The notes under the pieces were generated by a model, which worked only from the letters and a program-made list of their open reading frames with translations, searched no databases and was not told the origin of the DNA. A stretch of DNA of 63,510 nt, the filler included, from Choristocarpus tenellus KU-1152 (Eukaryota; Protista; Phaeophyceae): the NCBI GenBank assembly GCA_964200185.2. It is 9 parts of 9 records of this genome, joined end to end, with 100 filler letters (N's around TTAATTAATTAA, not from the genome) between each part and the next. Parts side by side here need not be neighbours in the genome. Positions count along the whole stretch, not along the records: positions 49,947 to 55,104 come from CAXNAD020011672.1; positions 55,205 to 60,823 come from CAXNAD020010229.1; positions 60,924 to 63,510 come from CAXNAD020026509.1; 6 more parts are not named here. One strand, 5' to 3'. The translations under genes were made by a program, and so were the position numbers. Shown one piece after another: positions 50,100 to 62,516 of this stretch; positions within the stretch are counted from its first letter, which is position 1; every line of letters starts with the position of its first letter.

Positions 50100-52150
50100 C
50101 CCTTCTAGTCCCATATTTTCACTTTGCTCTAGCACAGAGTTCAAGCACACCATAGTCTACAATTCGTGAAGCACTGCACAAACAAGATACCTCAACTACT
50201 GAAGATTATGTTTTGCTTCCTTTGACATATTCAAGAGTCAAATTTAGTTCTGGGCTTCCTCTTTTTAAATTCCTAGCCCATACCCATTGTACATTTTCTA
50301 AGAAATCTTTGTTCCTTGATCTCATCCTGACCCCCAGTTCTTCTCGCAGGTTAAGAACAGTTTTTCTTGTTGTATCCTAATGTTTGAACCATTGGGGACG
50401 CAAGTATTCATTGAGAAGGAGGTTCCAACTACTCTCTTGCAAGTAAAGGAAAGGCAAGGATTGAGTAGTTCTTTGTGCTCTTGAAACCACAAGCCTCCAT
50501 ATTTGGAGTGCCAGTTGTACTTAGGGTTGAACTGATGTAAGTTCAACAAGCAGTTCTTGGATCACTTGACACTTGACTTGAAGTAGATTTTTTTCTCACT
50601 AGTATCGGATATAGTTCATTGTTCAGGAAAAAGTGATATTAGGAGGACATTTAGGCAAACCCACCTCCAAGGCCTCCACAAAGTCGGTGCTCAACCAAGT
50701 TCTCATCAGGGTAAGAGCCCCAGTTGTGGTGTCTCTGATGAGCTGCACCAAACCTCCAAAGTCCCCCCCAACATACACACTTTCTCCATTGAGGGAAACC
50801 TGGGAAGCAAAAGCAGTTTTGATGCAGGTATCATATTTCGAAAACCGAAAAAATGTTTTTCTAAAGTCTCTCATGTAAGTAAAATAATAGTAAAAAGTAC
50901 GTGATTGTAGCAGCTGTCTGGGATGAATATCGTCCTATAGTAGGTGGGTGTATCTCTGGTGAGTACCTTCAAGAAAATTGGTTACTTGCCGGTATGTAGA
51001 GTCAATTGAGAGATATGAAGTAGAGTTTTCTAGTGGACCTACTGGAGGCCTGTAAATGGCTCGTTAATGTGTTGTCAGATTGATGTAGATCATTTATTCG
51101 ACTCAAGACAATGATCCCTTGATATATGAACCCGTGGGTTGAAGGAAGAGTAAGAAGTCCTGCGGGTCCTATTTGAGCTTTATTCTCACCGCAAGCACTG
51201 ATGCTGAGTTCTCTGGGGTGGTAATAAATGGGTTCCTTAAATCCCCCATGGTGCTAAAGTTGTAGGCCATTCCTCCATCTATACAGAGGAGGGGAGTACA
51301 AAGTTGGTTCAAGTCTCCACACTAGTGCAGAGTGGAACTAACGTAGCTGTTTCACCAGCGAGAGTCAAGACTTTATTCTTAAGATAAGTCGTAGAAATCC
51401 TATTGTCATATATCACGAGGTTGTTTTCCCCTCGTACAAGTATTTCTCCTAGCGCGAATCTCCAGGTTTGCATGGTTCCACGATGCTGCCGTACCTTTTT
51501 CGCCTGGAATGAATTCTCGGTATATATTCTTCGCCCTTCTTTATGACCCACAAGTTAATCATCTGTGCCCACATACTTTCACTGGGATGTTCCACTTCTT
51601 GTTGCATGTCCTCTACCGAGTCCATAAACAACTCTTGCAACCGTAAACTCTCTGTCGCCTGTGTCCTAACAAGTTCTTCGTAGATGGCACTTAATTCCAG
51701 GAAGCACTACTTTTTCTGTATTGTGGAAGTGAACCATTCGCGATTGATATTTTCTGTGAGCCTCTGTTTTTGTCCCTGGACTGGATCTCACCAGTTATAT
51801 TTCCCACTGGCGCGACAGAGAGAGCTCTCGGCAACAATCCGGTCACGGCTAAGAAGCTCCTGCCAGTCCACCTCATAATTGCCGCAAGGGAGAGCCCTTA
51901 CCCTGACCACACACTGCAATCCAGTCTCCTAATGGTTGTGCTATGCACCAAAGATGATAGTTCACATTGAGTCCTTCAACCCCGTGTCCCGCACCTCCAC
52001 CATGAACAAGGGAATGTTTGGGTTGAACGCGGTGTCCATTGTGACGATTCGCGCCTTTTCGTGGGAGAACTTTTTTCTGTGCATGCCCATGAATTATAAT
52101 ACCGTTTCGGACGTTACATAGATTTCCAGCACCAGAAATGGATATGACAT
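50100..52150 (-). pseudogene. Intronless decayed ORF of unknown family (about 2 kb)
   Basis: Starts at ATG 52150 (MSYPFLVLEIYV..); one frame stays protein-like for hundreds of codons with scattered stops and a few frameshifts (QELFMDSVEDMQQEV.., MRDFRKTFFRFSKYD..YVGGDFGGLV..). Confidence 0.55.
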
Positions 52151-52446
52151 GGTTGTTGCTCTTGTGAATTACTTCAAGAGGTATACTTTCGTTTTAAATA
52201 CAACTGTAACACAACGCAGCAGAAATAGTAAGTATTGACCACTGTACTTTGAAAAGGTAGTTGGAAATGAACACGAAATTTTGAGATTTCTCACGTGTTT
52301 GCATTAATGGAACATTCGATATACGTAGTATCCATATATATATATATATGTGGGTTCAATGTCAAACTATACGCCACCTCGAAACGATTACGAGAAGGCC
52401 ATCCAAGACCGAGTAGGGGCTAGACTGAGATAGAGTAATAACCACG

Positions 52447-54110
52447 ATGGCCCAACCCATCTCAGATCTTGTTATCAAACCATTAAGGTCTGATGATGCA
52501 AAAGGACTCAACTTGAGGGTGGATGAAGGCGAGCCACATTGTGGGAAGAGATGGCCTTGCTTCGACGGAATTGATACAGGGTGGGCAATCGTACCGTTCT
52601 TCAGATTGTTTTCGATGCTGAGTTCTGTGATACCCCCACCGTTCTTCCCTGTTCGTTAAAACATAACCGTAGGTGTGATAGTGCTGTTGATGATGTTACT
52701 TTCAAAGTCGCCACCTTTTTTTAGAACAGTCGGGGTGCCCTCTTGTTGCCTCACCTTTATCTAACATTTTTCGCCGTCAAAACTGTTGTTTACATCAGTG
52801 ACATTGTGCCAGAAAGACTCCAAAAGCCTGTTCTAGCGAGAATGGATAGCGTCGCCAATAGCTCACATTCGCGGAGAGTCATTCAAGACTTGTGGCGGCA
52901 CTTCGATGAGTGAGCATCTTGTGTAAGAACTCAAAAAGTTGGAGAACGAAAACCATGGAGTATTCCTACTTGTTCATTTTATGTAGAACTTACTGCACCT
53001 GCGTCATCTCCTGAAGAATTCAGCATCTCAGGAGGGCACCAACACTAGTCCCCTGCTGAGAAGTCAACGTTGGAGTGTGAGGCCAGCAATAATCTGACTT
53101 TGGTCTCAGTTATTAGTATATGGAAGCATTCACACCTCCTATCGAGTGAATGAAAGCCACAACATCCTTTGCATGGGGATAAAATTCACAACAATGTCCA
53201 TGCAGTCATTCATTTCGAGCTCAGCACCCTCTGATAAGTGTTTCTACTTACGCTCTCTCTGTGAAACGGAGCAGGCCCTGTCACAACTCCATCCCTAAGG
53301 GTACCTACATTCGCATGTTTGTTCAGGTGAGAAATCGACTGCACTTCAAGATGATGCGATAATAGTAACAAAAACAAAAACAAAATCTTGGTAAGAATAT
53401 CTGTGTTCTCCTTCGTCCTATGGCAATTTACACAGATCCAAAAGAGCATGAGAGAACTCCGTCCAGATTCCTGTCCAAGGCTTGACCTCAATGATCTTCG
53501 CTCCGTGGCGGAGATGGACTGGGTAGCTCACAACCAGGTATAGACACTGCTTCCCCACAAGGATCCTATTACAAAGCCGCTTATGTCACTAACATGTATA
53601 TCTCGCGCCCTACATTGTTTCTTACTGACGATGAAGAACTTTCTAGTTAACTCCTGCACTCTAATTGGGGATATTTCATTGACCATTTGAAGAATTTGGC
53701 AAGACAACTTTACCATTGGTCCTCAAAAGCCATTATAAAACACTTTTGCCATTATCAAGAGCAACTATCTTAGCCTCAGGATGTATACACAGATGGAGGG
53801 TGTATAACATTCTGAGTAAATGCCTTTCAATCCGAGTTAATGGCAAACACAAAACAGCACAACGCTTTGCAGAATAGGTTTGCTTGGTGCAGACAAGATT
53901 ATGCTCTACAGAATAGGTTGAAATATGTACTTCAAATTAGTTCATGATAGCAAGTTGTAGGTTTTCACTTTGTGAAACCAAGACCAAGACCACAGTGCTA
54001 AGCCAGTACATAGGAAAATCAAAACCAAGGGTATTCTTTTCACGGAGCCTTTGGGAATTATATAGCCCAAACCCCACCTTGCCATAAATCAGAGGTTGGT
54101 AATGGAAGTG
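52447..54110 (+). pseudogene. Intronless decayed ORF of unknown family, divergent from the previous one
   Basis: MAQPISDLVIKPLRSDD..; a later frame reads GSYYKAAYVTNMYISRPTLFLTDDEELSS*LLHSNWGYFIDHLKNLARQLYHW with sparse stops. Confidence 0.45.
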
Positions 54111-54299
54111 CAATATGAGAATATTTAAGTGCAAGGACTTCTGTCAAACCTTACCTTGGGAGTTGCATGTGCTACTCTGCTGATAATGCTATGCTGATGA
54201 TTCCCAGCAGTAATGTATGCCTTGAATCGATCTCCTTTGGTAGTGGTCTGCTTATGGTTTTTCCTGCATTCCCGTCAATTGTATGATGCCACCAAGTTG

Positions 54300-54395
54300 A
54301 GTACTGCTGGAAAAAAGGCATAAAAAACCCGTAGGAAGTCAAGTCCCGAACGGACAAACAGGGCAAAACTCGTACCCTCTTAAATGCTTTGGATT
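54300..54395 (-). mobile_element. MITE family 2 left-end fragment
   Basis: aaacagggcaaaactcgtaccctcttaaatgctttgg is close to the reverse complement of 27515-27556. Confidence 0.65.
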
Positions 54396-55358
54396 ACTTT
54401 GAATCAGAATCATCTTCTTCTACATTGTTCAACTCTACATGTTTGAAGTATACTACCGTGACCAGTACTACTACAGAAGGACAGTAAGAATCAAGATTAT
54501 TATGTTGCTTTCTCTGCGGTTTTTTTAATTTCATTTCTTGGAAAATTTTATTTGAATCACTCAGCTGAAATTGTGATTATCTCAATTGTATACGTGGTGT
54601 TTGCATGTGATGATGTAGTTGGGTGAAAAGCTTATGACTCAAGCTTTAAGTGTAACACCTTACGACTATCAATAAAATGTTCACCTGTTGGTGTCCAAAT
54701 GATAATAGCTGGAGGGTCATTTTGGAAGTTCTGATAGCCCCCGTCTGATTTATGTAGGTTGTTCAAGAACCGTAGGTAGGGCGATGCTTGATGGTCAGGC
54801 AGAATAGTAGTAGACAAAACGAATTTAACATGGTTTGGTTTTGCGATTTGAAGCCAATCGAAGTCGATCTTGAGGTATTGAAGCCCCGAGCAGGGGGTCC
54901 TGGGATGGGAAATATCAAACAGCAAAAGGTTGAAAGGGTCAGCCTCAGAGGCTCCTGCAGACATTGGGATGCCACAAGACAAGAGAGGGAGGCCGAGCAA
55001 AGATCAGTCAAGAGGGTCTGTCAAGATTATGCTTGACCATTTGTGAGAATATGATTTGAAGTATTATTTTATATACGCACAGATCATAATGCGGGACATT
55101 CGGGNNNNNNNNNNNNNNNNNNNNNNNNNNNNNNNNNNNNNNNNNNNNTTAATTAATTAANNNNNNNNNNNNNNNNNNNNNNNNNNNNNNNNNNNNNNNN
55201 NNNNCTATTCGCGTGTAACAAACGCTTGCACTTCGTTGAAATACAAGAAGAAACGCTTGCGCTATTCGCCTGTAACACTAATTGCTCAAGGATGAGAACA
55301 GAATATGTTGTTCAATAACAGCCAAGACTTCACATTTGCTAAAGATATATAGATTTTT

Positions 55359-55530
55359 GACCCAAAGAATCTGGGGGGGGGATCTACACCAGGGTTTCCA
55401 TTTGGTCCATAACCAGGAGAAATGCACCTACATTATCCATCCGATGTATGCAACCAAATCACAAAAAAATCACGACATGAAAATATTGACCCTAAATGGA
55501 CAGTCACCACCCCCCAAGATTTTTTGAGTC
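55359..55530 (+). mobile_element. MITE family 1, full copy
   Basis: ttt|gacccaaagaatctggggg ... ccaagattttttgagtc|att. Confidence 0.88.
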
Positions 55531-57210
55531 ATTCTTTGACGCTTTTGATTCTGGGAAAAAAATTGACTGACTCAGGGGGGATGCGACTAACTTAAGGCTG
55601 AACAAAAAATTTAAGAACTGTAAACCCATTAACCCAAACCCTCATATGAAAGTTCCTAGTGGCTTTCTTGATACCTTTGAGTGGAACCATTGCCAGTAAC
55701 ATGTTTTCCAGCATGAAGAATAAGTGCTTTAACACGACGATCAGGCAACTGGACAAGAAAAGGAAATGCCTCTCCTTGTTCTACCACGGAAACAGCAGAT
55801 ATTTAATACGTGTCACCTCCAGGTCCAGTTGTACCAGTAAACCGCGTTGGAGATCCGAGGAATGGGGAGACCTGGTGAAAAAATAACTTCCAACTTTGCC
55901 GTGGAGATAGATATGCTAATTTGATGCTACACTTGTTCTGCATCTGACTTGGTGTTCGAGTGAAAAACTCCCACACGGCATATTCAAGGATAGAGCCTAT
56001 TAGGAGACAAGTATTTTACTTTTGTTTTTCTTTTACTGGGCTGTCCAGTCTAGTGCAGAGACCAAAGAAAAACGCACACCCTATAACTAACGCAGAACTG
56101 AAGGAGACACACTCTTACAGCATCATCATCATTCAGGGATAATCGAACCTGTTAAAACATAGAGTGCTATACAGTGTTGTACTCTACTATAGGTTTTTGT
56201 TTACCATATCCAACAAGTGATCCTTATGCCTAAAGTGTACGAAATAATATTGTTTAGAAATGCAGTACTTGTGTAAGAACCACAGTGATACATCTCGTCA
56301 CTCCCTCCCCATTAGACCGTATCCTTGTTTTATATAATTTTGTTATCACTATTTAGTTAATCACAAAGCGAGGTACTACGTGCAGAGGAAACACTTGGAG
56401 ATAGAGACCTAGGTGGAAACTTTTCTGGAAACCAGGGATTTTACTTCCTCATTACCCCAAACTATTATATCCATACAATTTTGTCGAAATCAGAGTTTTC
56501 CGTTTTTAAGAGTATTGCCTACAAATAATGACACGCATTCGATATATACACCATGTAGTATGCAAGTACATTTTAATGTGTTACCTCGTATCTGTACTAC
56601 ATGCTGTTAATATAATTTATCTGTCACTTTAGGACTATCCTGACCCGTGGTCAGAGGCACTATATACTGCAATACTTTCCATACTATCGACTGTAACTAG
56701 GTGTCGCATGATGACCAGCTTTACTACAGTTTATGATCATGCCTTGCCTTCTCGATTGTTAGGGCTAGTCATCCCACCACTCATTACTTCACCTCCTCCC
56801 TTGAATATCGAGCTGAACCTGTCTTTTCTGTCACTTGAAAATTCAGTCTTGCCACCTCATTTTGGTCTCCCGTGTTATTGTAGGATAACGAGACTGGACA
56901 GTACAGGTGACAATTCGTAGTTTATGCCATGTAGAATTTCAAAAAATGAAAACAAATTTACATGAACATATGTCTGGTATGGTTGGGATCAAAGGCACAA
57001 ACTCTATACAGGAAAATTCAATATGCACTGAGGTGTGAGGACTCTCAAGAAATTGGATGACATATACAAGGCCTCCTTGTGGCTCAGTGGTTAACGGACG
57101 GAGTGCCCTGACTGAATTTTAGCCATTAGATTTTTGTTAGTGAAGTCTAGTTTTGACGGTCCATAGTCCACATAGCAAGGGCTGTTACAAAAGTTCCAAG
57201 CAGCTTACCT

Positions 57211-57391
57211 GACTCAAAGTATCTGTGTGTGTGTGGGGAGGGTCTACACCAGGGTGCCCATTTGGGTCATAACCAGGAAAAGTGCACTTACATTATCTAT
57301 CCGACATATTCAACCAAATCATCAAAAAATTGCGAGAGGAAAAAATTGACCCCAAATAGACAGCCACCACCCCCCCCAGATAATTTGAGTC
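57211..57391 (+). mobile_element. MITE family 1, full copy with 3-bp TSD CCT
   Basis: cct|gactcaaagtatctg ... cagataatttgagtc|cct. Confidence 0.9.
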
Positions 57392-58162
57392 CCTTCGTAG
57401 GATATGTGACTCCAATCCACAAGCCTCTGGACTGATGATAAGGCTTGAAGATGGCGCCTGGATGTGTCGATAACCTGATAGCCTACGAAAATAAATATTT
57501 ATCAGGTTCTTAGATAAAAGGTTTGCTTATTCTCAAGGTATGTGTACAACTGACTCATAGAGTCTAAAGGTGGGTAGGAAAAAGTCACGATTAGAATTTG
57601 AAAGGTTAAGTTTCACAAGTCGTAATACAACTGACAAACTATTGGATTAAGTCTCGAGATACAGATTTCATACTAATATAACTATAGCGACTGGAGCACT
57701 TCCCGTTTGTGCTGTTTACGCATGTACTTACGGGTTGCGTTGGTTAGAGCGCAAGAAAGAATACATACGCTATTCGCCTGTATTAAGACTTCTTTGGAGA
57801 TGGACACACAAAGGTGGACCCAGGACAAGTTTTGAGGATGAATACAGAGCGACAAGGAGTGGGATGGGTGAATCCAAGGTGCTTGAGGTAAGGAATGAAC
57901 GGAGGAAGTATAACTAGCAATTAGTCGTAGTATAACCATTACAGTAGGTAGAATGAGAAGCAGTGCAGTGTGGATGGAGTGTTCTAACCACGGATGAGGA
58001 TAAGTCCTTACACTAAAGTGATGAATATATGATATTAGAAGGAAAAGTTGGGGCGACCGACAATAGTTTAACAATTAATATCTTACATCCAACACTATTT
58101 GTAGTAAAGTAGTAAGTAGTGGTAGTACTGTTGTAAAAATGATCTAGTTGTGAAAAAGTAGT

Positions 58163-58236
58163 CGGTCCCGGTGAGGATTGAACTCACGACCTCTCGATTA
58201 ACAGTCGAACGCTCTAACCAGCTGAGCTACGGGACC
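58163..58236 (-). tRNA. trnN-GTT: tRNA-Asn (GTT)
   Basis: GGTCCCG TAGCTCAGCTGGTTAGAGCG TTCGA CTGTTAA TCGAG AGGTC GTGAG TTCAATC CTCAC CGGGACC G; full cloverleaf, no intron, T5 Pol III terminator a few nt downstream. Confidence 0.98.
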
Positions 58237-58492
58237 TTATACTATATTCATTACTACAGGGTATTAATAATTATCTTTCGAATCTGAAGGATAAGTAGGA
58301 GCCGGTAACAGCAGTCTGTAGTACCTATTTTTGGCCACATGAAGACTGCGACAACCCCAGAAACTGACCAACTTCGAGGATCACTCGGCCCCATCCTGTC
58401 CTCATCTTTCTATTGCCGTCATCTTTTGGCTAAAACTTAACCTTGTCAGATTACTGTGTGGAGGGGGTAGGGGAAATCAGAGAGGGACAAGC

Positions 58493-60778
58493 ATGAGGCC
58501 AACCTTTGTCGTTGCTAGCCTTGCGGCACTGGTGTCAGCAGCTGTAGGCTTCGTAGCCGCACCTGGACCATTGCGAGTTATATGCAACCCCAAAACGCCG
58601 TCATTCGAGCATACTCGGCACGACACTGCAAGTTGCATCGGTAACTGCTACCCTTCTAATGCGGTTTGGTTGTCATTCTGAATGACAATGTAGTACTGGA
58701 AAGTGGATATGTACCACCTACGATGATTGCCGAGTCCTCACCCAATCCGAGCGAGATGAAGATGTCTGATTAGGGTTTGTTGTCCATGTTCGCCATTCAT
58801 TGAATATTTCATGGTTATGGGTCTTGTTTTCTGGAGTCATTTCGGTCAAATACCTGTTGAAGTTTGACTATTGGCAGTTGCAGCCCCACCTACTTCAACG
58901 CCGAGCAGTCGTCGAAAGGATTGACCTGCTTTATCTCAAGCGTTCTAATTCTGAGCAACCTGTAGACCATCCTGTAGAGTGTCGACCTTGCCCTAGCATG
59001 ACAGTACTGCCTTACGATAGGGTTGTTCTGCCAGGCTGATACCAACATTTTTTGCGTCAAACTACAACTCGTCCCATGGATGATTCCCCCACCTCACCCG
59101 CAGATATTCCTATGCAAAGCCGTTCCCACATATGGTCCTCGCTTCCTCTAATGGTGGAAGCTGTAGGCGAGGGGGCAGAGAGTAAGGTGGTGGAAGGCGC
59201 AGAGCTCGCTGAAGCCAGGATTTTGGTGGAGGGGCAGGTGCGGACTATTCACAGAATACCTTCCCTTCAAGGTACACGGGGTCCAACTTAGTGATCTTTT
59301 TGTGAACCTTACACTCAGTAGTCGTCAGCGTTCCAGTACCGATTACCTTTTGATGATAGGAAGTACCACTTCCGCCCAATTTCCACCCGTGTCCTTGTCA
59401 TGTAGGATGTACAATAATCATTCATCTCTTGGTTTTCTCGAACTGTGAACAGCCAGCAAAGGACTCAATTGTTTGACTTAGTGTGACCACGCTCATCACC
59501 TGAACTAAAAGGGAAGTTGGACAGAAGTCCTATGCTGTGATCTGGCTGTGCAATCCGAGTCTACCCACAAAACGTATGTGTACTGTCAGAATTGATAGGT
59601 ACGGATTGTATGTCTGGATTATTGCCTCCTTTCTCCTACATTTAAGACCTATCGATTGGCTCATGTTATCTCATTGAATGAAAGTATCATGCCATGTTAG
59701 GACTCAGAGCTTATGAGTGCAAGGGGACATGGTGTTTCGTTAGACTCCGTTTAAAGTGGAAGGAAATGCACCCTTGCTGCTAGCGAGTTCTTCTTAGATT
59801 GTTCCTGTGTAAGGTCAATGCTAAGTCAACATTTGCAAGGACAGATGAAAGTTCTACTTTTGGTTGTTGCCATCGTTTATTGGTATCGGAATGCTCCTCT
59901 ATCCTCTCCCTGATTCCATTCGCGTCTTGGCTGCATACATTTTATGGACAGTCTTGTGTTTGTTTGAGGTTGATTTGTATTTGTAATCCTGAAAGAGGCA
60001 TTGACAAAGTATGAAGCAAAATCATACTTGAACATGCATGCTCACACCATCCAGAGACCAATTTTGCGTGTGATCCTCTCTTTTAATGTGCTCCTAGCCA
60101 CTATGGCTGATTGTCACTCCTGAACTGTCACTCTTCTTAGGTGTGGGGGTGAGGGCCTGCTTCTCCACAGTCAGTAGCTTGCACCATAGGGTATGGCAAT
60201 GAACGACGTTTTATTCCAACAGTCACAATACGATACACTACCTCAATGACTGCAATGATTTGTGCTCTCCTGTTCTCAACCGCTTGATGCTTGAACTCTC
60301 ACTAGCCCATCCTCAGCAAGATCGCTTTCTAATGGTACTCCAGTTTCTATCAACGCAACACAAGAGCGGAAAACTATTGGGTGGGATAGAACGTCCTGTA
60401 GGACTTAAAGACTACGGAAAAGATGCTTTCGATCACACTTTCGCCCTGAGATAAGATGTCTCAAACGCCATCTGAACTGTGTGAACTCCTTGCACAACGA
60501 GAAAAAGCACGACCTTGGTAAGAATCTTCCATCACTACAGCACTCTCATGTCCTTCTTCCCCTCCAAATACATCAATTTGCGTCCATCGCTATCACCATA
60601 ATCTTCTCGAATCAGTCCACGGGTGGCTATTTCCGAGCACACGCAAGGAACGAGGCGCACTTTAACAGGAAATTGTGTGGGGCACTCAAGGAGTTGGACT
60701 CGGGGCACACTGAGATCATTGTAGAGGGGAAAACCAGTGCTATTAACAGTTTTGTTCGCTGGTGCAAGAAGGGACCAG
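58493..60778 (+). CDS. Acylphosphatase-like protein with bipartite (signal plus transit) N-terminus; 3' end cut by the gap
   Basis: Exons 58493-58640, 59104-59237 and 60616-60778 in phase: MRPTFVVASLAALVSAAVG/FVAAP...ARILVEGQ-STGGYFRAHARNEAHFNRKLCGALKELDSGHTEIIVEGKTSAINSFVRWCKKGP. Confidence 0.85.
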
Positions 60779-60923
60779 GTGGGGGGCAGGGTCGGGGTAG
60801 GGCCGAGAGATGAAGTGGGGGGGNNNNNNNNNNNNNNNNNNNNNNNNNNNNNNNNNNNNNNNNNNNNTTAATTAATTAANNNNNNNNNNNNNNNNNNNNN
60901 NNNNNNNNNNNNNNNNNNNNNNN

Positions 60924-62135
60924 CCCCGCAGTACGGTCAGTCCATCCAGCAATCGCTTTGCAGTATTGGAGGACAGCGCTGAAGCAGAAGACCAATCGCC
61001 CCTAACCAACCTTTGCGATGATTATTTGGAGAGAATTCTGATGGACTTCAGGGCCGGAAAGATTCAAGATCATACTTTGGTGGTGTCAGCGCTTCAAGCA
61101 TCAGCAGCGCTGAAACCGAACAAAAACCAGATAAGTCCAGGCACCCCCCAAACCACGAACTGACCTTATATACTCAACACCCTATCGGCTACAGATCTAA
61201 TGTCGATAAAATTCTTTGAGTCGGATAAAGATGGTAGACAGTGTGTCGCAGTGTCAGACTTGATCTCGGTTTTTTCCGGATATCGCTCTCGGATTTGTTC
61301 GTTAGCCATGGTAAAAAAAGAATCGATGCCAACGCGGGAACACGAAATCTACGAACAAACCCTAGACGATTTGTGTTTGCAGAACTTCGTACACATGCAC
61401 CCGTCGGGGAATTCGTTATGCCCGAAGTTTCTTTGTCAACACTCTGTTTGCATCTTGGAACCAGTTGGTCGAGGAATTTACTCGTCAGTTTGCATCACAG
61501 TTTCCGTTGGATGACTACTTTCGCAATACAATTCACCTTTACATGCCAGAGTGGGAAAGAGCACGGGCATTTGGGCGCAGAGTAGTCCAGACAGTAGATC
61601 ATTTTGTCCGACTCATTCCAGTTAATGAGGAAGGGCAACCGAAACTGTCAGATTGCCTAGCTATATGTGTCTTCAACCTTGGAGCTAAACCCTCCATAGT
61701 ACGAGCCATTAGATCACTACCGAACCCACCAAGAAATTTTGGTGAACTGGTAGATGCAGCTGCGTTAGCAGATGCGTCACGGTCGGGTCTGGAGTTTGGT
61801 GATCGTTTATACTGTAACATCACAGTGTCAGCTTTAAGCGCGGAAAACCTACTTGAATTGCGTGTAACCGAACTACGTTTTTCTGACTTGGAGCCGCTAC
61901 AACACAAGTTGACCAAAGAACAGCAGGCAGAATTACTGATGTGGCGGACGAAGAAGCGCAGCAACATTACTCCTGCTCGAGACCAAGCACCCCCACAGGA
62001 AAAATTAGACAAAAAACACGTACCCGTTGAGTCAAAAAACGCATTTTGTGAATTTCCGGGATGCCTTGCTAGATCTAGAAGAAGCCATAATACAGAACGT
62101 TGTTTCTTTAACCCAAATGGCAACAGCTTTAAACC
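60924..62135 (+). mobile_element. LTR-retrotransposon gag-like region with one stop and one frameshift
   Basis: Intronless ORFs 60966-61163, 61200-61514 and 61465-62172; capsid-like IVRAIRSLPNPPRNFGELVDAA; zinc knuckle CEFPGCLARSRRSHNTERC. Confidence 0.75.
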
Positions 62136-62516
62136 CCTATACACGTTTGTTGAATTTCCCACCTCTCTTTGAAGTACCCTGACTAGTCTGATTTTGGGGT
62201 GTTATGATCTCCATCGAACCTTGTTTTGATAATGAAGCAGTAAGGGCTGCCACTAATTGTTGCATCGTTTCGTTGGGGGCTTAAGGGGTGGGGTTATCAA
62301 TCGTGTGTGGGCAATAATCAGGTTTTAAGTTGTTTCCATTTGGGTTAAAGAAACAACGTTCTGTACTATGGCCTCTTCTAGATCTAGCAAGGCATCCCGG
62401 AAATTCACAAAATGCGTTTTTTGACTCAGTGCGTACGCGTTTTTTGTCTGATTTTTCCTGTGGGGTTGCTTGGTCTCGAGCAGGAGTAATGTTGCTGCGC
62501 TTCTTCGTCCGCCACA
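61940..62516. repeat. Inverted repeat with 196-bp arms and a 185-bp spacer
   Basis: 61940-62135 pairs with 62321-62516; 11 mismatches counted by eye. Confidence 0.93.

Noticed and set aside
57071-57115. Second tRNA (gtggctcagtggttaac)
   Set aside because: Only an A-box-like 5' part; no T-arm or acceptor-stem partner. At most a SINE or tRNA relic
5203-60778. Functional cluster of protease, helicase and acylphosphatase
   Set aside because: The genes are on different contigs, so linkage is not established
61599-62162. 187-aa minus-strand ORF
   Set aside because: Antisense shadow of gag
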